Below, one piece after another: positions 15,595 to 18,088 of a stretch of 18,088 bases of DNA. The notes under the pieces were generated by a model. The model did no database searches. It had not been told where the DNA came from and was given only the letters and a program-made list of their open reading frames with translations. The position numbers and the translations under genes were made by a program. This stretch comes from Azolla caroliniana. Taxonomy: Eukaryota > Plantae > Polypodiophyta. How positions within the stretch are numbered: position 1 is the stretch's first letter; each line of letters opens with the position of its first letter. The stretch spans positions 1-18,088 of the forward strand of contig JBHGNT010000667.1 in NCBI GenBank assembly GCA_043228905.1, in the 5' to 3' direction.

Positions 15595-15608
15595 CCTAAC
15601 CAACCAAA
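15595..15608 (+). repeat. Variant 7: CCTAA-CCAA-CCAAA (4-bp AACC/CCAA duplication; TTTGG-TTGG-TTAGG on - strand)
   Basis: Line 15601 begins caaccaaacc taaccaaacc; the phase shifts by +4. Confidence 0.95.
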
Positions 15609-17863
15609 CCTAACCAAACCTAACCAAACCTAACCAAACCTAACCAAACCTAACCAAACCTAACCAAACCTAACCAAACCTAACCAAACCTAACCAAACC
15701 TAACCAAACCTAACCAAACCTAACCAAACCTAACCAAACCTAACCAAACCTAACCAAACCTAACCAAACCTAACCAAACCTAACCAAACCTAACCAAACC
15801 TAACCAAACCTAACCAAACCTAACCAAACCTAACCAAACCTAACCAAACCTAACCAAACCTAACCAAACCTAACCAAACCTAACCAAACCTAACCAAACC
15901 TAACCAAACCTAACCAAACCTAACCAAACCTAACCAAACCTAACCAAACCTAACCAAACCTAACCAAACCTAACCAAACCTAACCAAACCTAACCAAACC
16001 TAACCAAACCTAACCAAACCTAACCAAACCTAACCAAACCTAACCAAACCTAACCAAACCTAACCAAACCTAACCAAACCTAACCAAACCTAACCAAACC
16101 TAACCAAACCTAACCAAACCTAACCAAACCTAACCAAACCTAACCAAACCTAACCAAACCTAACCAAACCTAACCAAACCTAACCAAACCTAACCAAACC
16201 TAACCAAACCTAACCAAACCTAACCAAACCTAACCAAACCTAACCAAACCTAACCAAACCTAACCAAACCTAACCAAACCTAACCAAACCTAACCAAACC
16301 TAACCAAACCTAACCAAACCTAACCAAACCTAACCAAACCTAACCAAACCTAACCAAACCTAACCAAACCTAACCAAACCTAACCAAACCTAACCAAACC
16401 TAACCAAACCTAACCAAACCTAACCAAACCTAACCAAACCTAACCAAACCTAACCAAACCTAACCAAACCTAACCAAACCTAACCAAACCTAACCAAACC
16501 TAACCAAACCTAACCAAACCTAACCAAACCTAACCAAACCTAACCAAACCTAACCAAACCTAACCAAACCTAACCAAACCTAACCAAACCTAACCAAACC
16601 TAACCAAACCTAACCAAACCTAACCAAACCTAACCAAACCTAACCAAACCTAACCAAACCTAACCAAACCTAACCAAACCTAACCAAACCTAACCAAACC
16701 TAACCAAACCTAACCAAACCTAACCAAACCTAACCAAACCTAACCAAACCTAACCAAACCTAACCAAACCTAACCAAACCTAACCAAACCTAACCAAACC
16801 TAACCAAACCTAACCAAACCTAACCAAACCTAACCAAACCTAACCAAACCTAACCAAACCTAACCAAACCTAACCAAACCTAACCAAACCTAACCAAACC
16901 TAACCAAACCTAACCAAACCTAACCAAACCTAACCAAACCTAACCAAACCTAACCAAACCTAACCAAACCTAACCAAACCTAACCAAACCTAACCAAACC
17001 TAACCAAACCTAACCAAACCTAACCAAACCTAACCAAACCTAACCAAACCTAACCAAACCTAACCAAACCTAACCAAACCTAACCAAACCTAACCAAACC
17101 TAACCAAACCTAACCAAACCTAACCAAACCTAACCAAACCTAACCAAACCTAACCAAACCTAACCAAACCTAACCAAACCTAACCAAACCTAACCAAACC
17201 TAACCAAACCTAACCAAACCTAACCAAACCTAACCAAACCTAACCAAACCTAACCAAACCTAACCAAACCTAACCAAACCTAACCAAACCTAACCAAACC
17301 TAACCAAACCTAACCAAACCTAACCAAACCTAACCAAACCTAACCAAACCTAACCAAACCTAACCAAACCTAACCAAACCTAACCAAACCTAACCAAACC
17401 TAACCAAACCTAACCAAACCTAACCAAACCTAACCAAACCTAACCAAACCTAACCAAACCTAACCAAACCTAACCAAACCTAACCAAACCTAACCAAACC
17501 TAACCAAACCTAACCAAACCTAACCAAACCTAACCAAACCTAACCAAACCTAACCAAACCTAACCAAACCTAACCAAACCTAACCAAACCTAACCAAACC
17601 TAACCAAACCTAACCAAACCTAACCAAACCTAACCAAACCTAACCAAACCTAACCAAACCTAACCAAACCTAACCAAACCTAACCAAACCTAACCAAACC
17701 TAACCAAACCTAACCAAACCTAACCAAACCTAACCAAACCTAACCAAACCTAACCAAACCTAACCAAACCTAACCAAACCTAACCAAACCTAACCAAACC
17801 TAACCAAACCTAACCAAACCTAACCAAACCTAACCAAACCTAACCAAACCTAACCAAACCTAA

Positions 17864-17877
17864 CCAAACTAACCAAA
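17864..17877 (+). repeat. Variant 8: CCAAA-CTAA-CCAAA (1-bp C deletion; TTAG on - strand)
   Basis: Blocks 17861-17880 read taaccaaact aaccaaacct; the phase shifts by -1. Confidence 0.95.
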
Positions 17878-18088
17878 CCTAACCAAACCTAACCAAACCT
17901 AACCAAACCTAACCAAACCTAACCAAACCTAACCAAACCTAACCAAACCTAACCAAACCTAACCAAACCTAACCAAACCTAACCAAACCTAACCAAACCT
18001 AACCAAACCTAACCAAACCTAACCAAACCTAACCAAACCTAACCAAACCTAACCAAACCTAACCAAACCTAACCAAACCTAACCAAAC

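Larger units (their letters stand above)
1..18088. repeat. Tandem array of the 10-bp unit CCTAACCAAA / TTAGGTTTGG, about 1,807 copies, running off both window edges
   Basis: Seen directly: every 10-base block is a rotation of CCTAACCAAA except at eight sites where the phase shifts. The window starts and ends in the same phase (ctaaccaaac). Indels of +5,+1,+5,+2,+3,-1,+4,-1 sum to +18, leaving 18,070 bp or 1,807 units. Confidence 0.99.
1..18088 (-). other. Putative telomeric tract with compound motif (TTAGG-TTTGG)n; G-rich strand is the - strand and the inferred chromosome end lies toward or beyond position 1
   Basis: Seen: complete G/C strand asymmetry, short T/G-rich unit, multi-kb homogeneity, and every second pentamer is TTAGG. 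Established: TTAGG is the ancestral arthropod telomere repeat, and the G-rich strand runs 5'->3' toward the chromosome end. Inferred: telomeric position, since no flanking sequence is visible. Confidence 0.78.

Noticed and set aside
2765-17877. Higher-order repeat or encoded pattern in the variant positions
   Set aside because: Gaps between variants (about 2570, 480, 570, 530, 4290, 4380, 2270 bp) are unequal and the variant types do not recur in order. The two similar 4.3-4.4 kb gaps are bounded by different variants.
17864-17877. Single C deletion (CTAA) as the start of proximal telomere degeneration
   Set aside because: It is one homopolymer-type deletion, a common long-read error, and the following 210 bp or so are perfect repeat.
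1-18088. Protein-coding frames on either strand
   Set aside because: The + strand translates as repeating PNQT*PNLTK (TAA every 10 codons) and the - strand as LGLVRFG*VW (TAG every 10 codons). A 10-bp period makes all frames equivalent, and there is no ATG. The frames would be open only under a TAA/TAG-reassigned code, for which there is no evidence.
1-18088. CRISPR array or other repeat-spacer system
   Set aside because: There are no unique spacers; the unit is a contiguous 10-mer.
1-18088. Plain canonical telomere repeat (TTAGG, TTAGGG or TTTAGGG)
   Set aside because: There is no CCC run on +, so no GGG on -, and CCTAA never occurs twice in a row. The true period is 10.
1-18088. Basecalling artefact turning (TTAGG)n into an alternating decamer
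   Set aside because: Systematic nanopore miscalls of telomeric repeats are known, but near-perfect alternation over about 1,800 units makes this less likely. It is not formally excluded. Finding the decamer k-mer on both strands in Illumina or HiFi data would settle it.
1-18088. ACCTAAC and ACCAAAC resemble plant R2R3-MYB AC-element motifs; CTAAC resembles a splice branch-point core
   Set aside because: These are short incidental matches produced by the repeat unit, with no gene, promoter or intron context.
1-18088. Hairpins, terminators, inverted repeats or a telomere-telomere fusion point
   Set aside because: The + strand has no G and never switches to the G-rich orientation, so there is no self-complementarity or head-to-head junction.

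Overview
The entire 18,088-bp window is one almost perfect tandem array of the 10-mer CCTAACCAAA, which reads (TTAGGTTTGG)n on the - strand. It holds about 1,807 units: 18,088 bp minus a net +18 bp of small indels is 18,070 bp. The decamer is a strict 1:1 alternation of the canonical arthropod telomere pentamer TTAGG and a one-base variant, TTTGG. The + strand has no G (about 50% A, 40% C, 10% T). I found only eight interruptions, near 2770, 5344, 5826, 6399, 6929, 11217, 15601 and 17869. All can be read as small indels, and none needs a substitution. There are no genes, RNA genes, mobile elements or subtelomeric junction. The best reading is a long telomeric tract with a non-canonical compound motif, oriented as a left chromosome end with the C-rich strand on +. 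Telomeric location, organism and novelty of the motif cannot be established from this window alone, and a satellite, rolling-circle product or sequencing artefact is not excluded.
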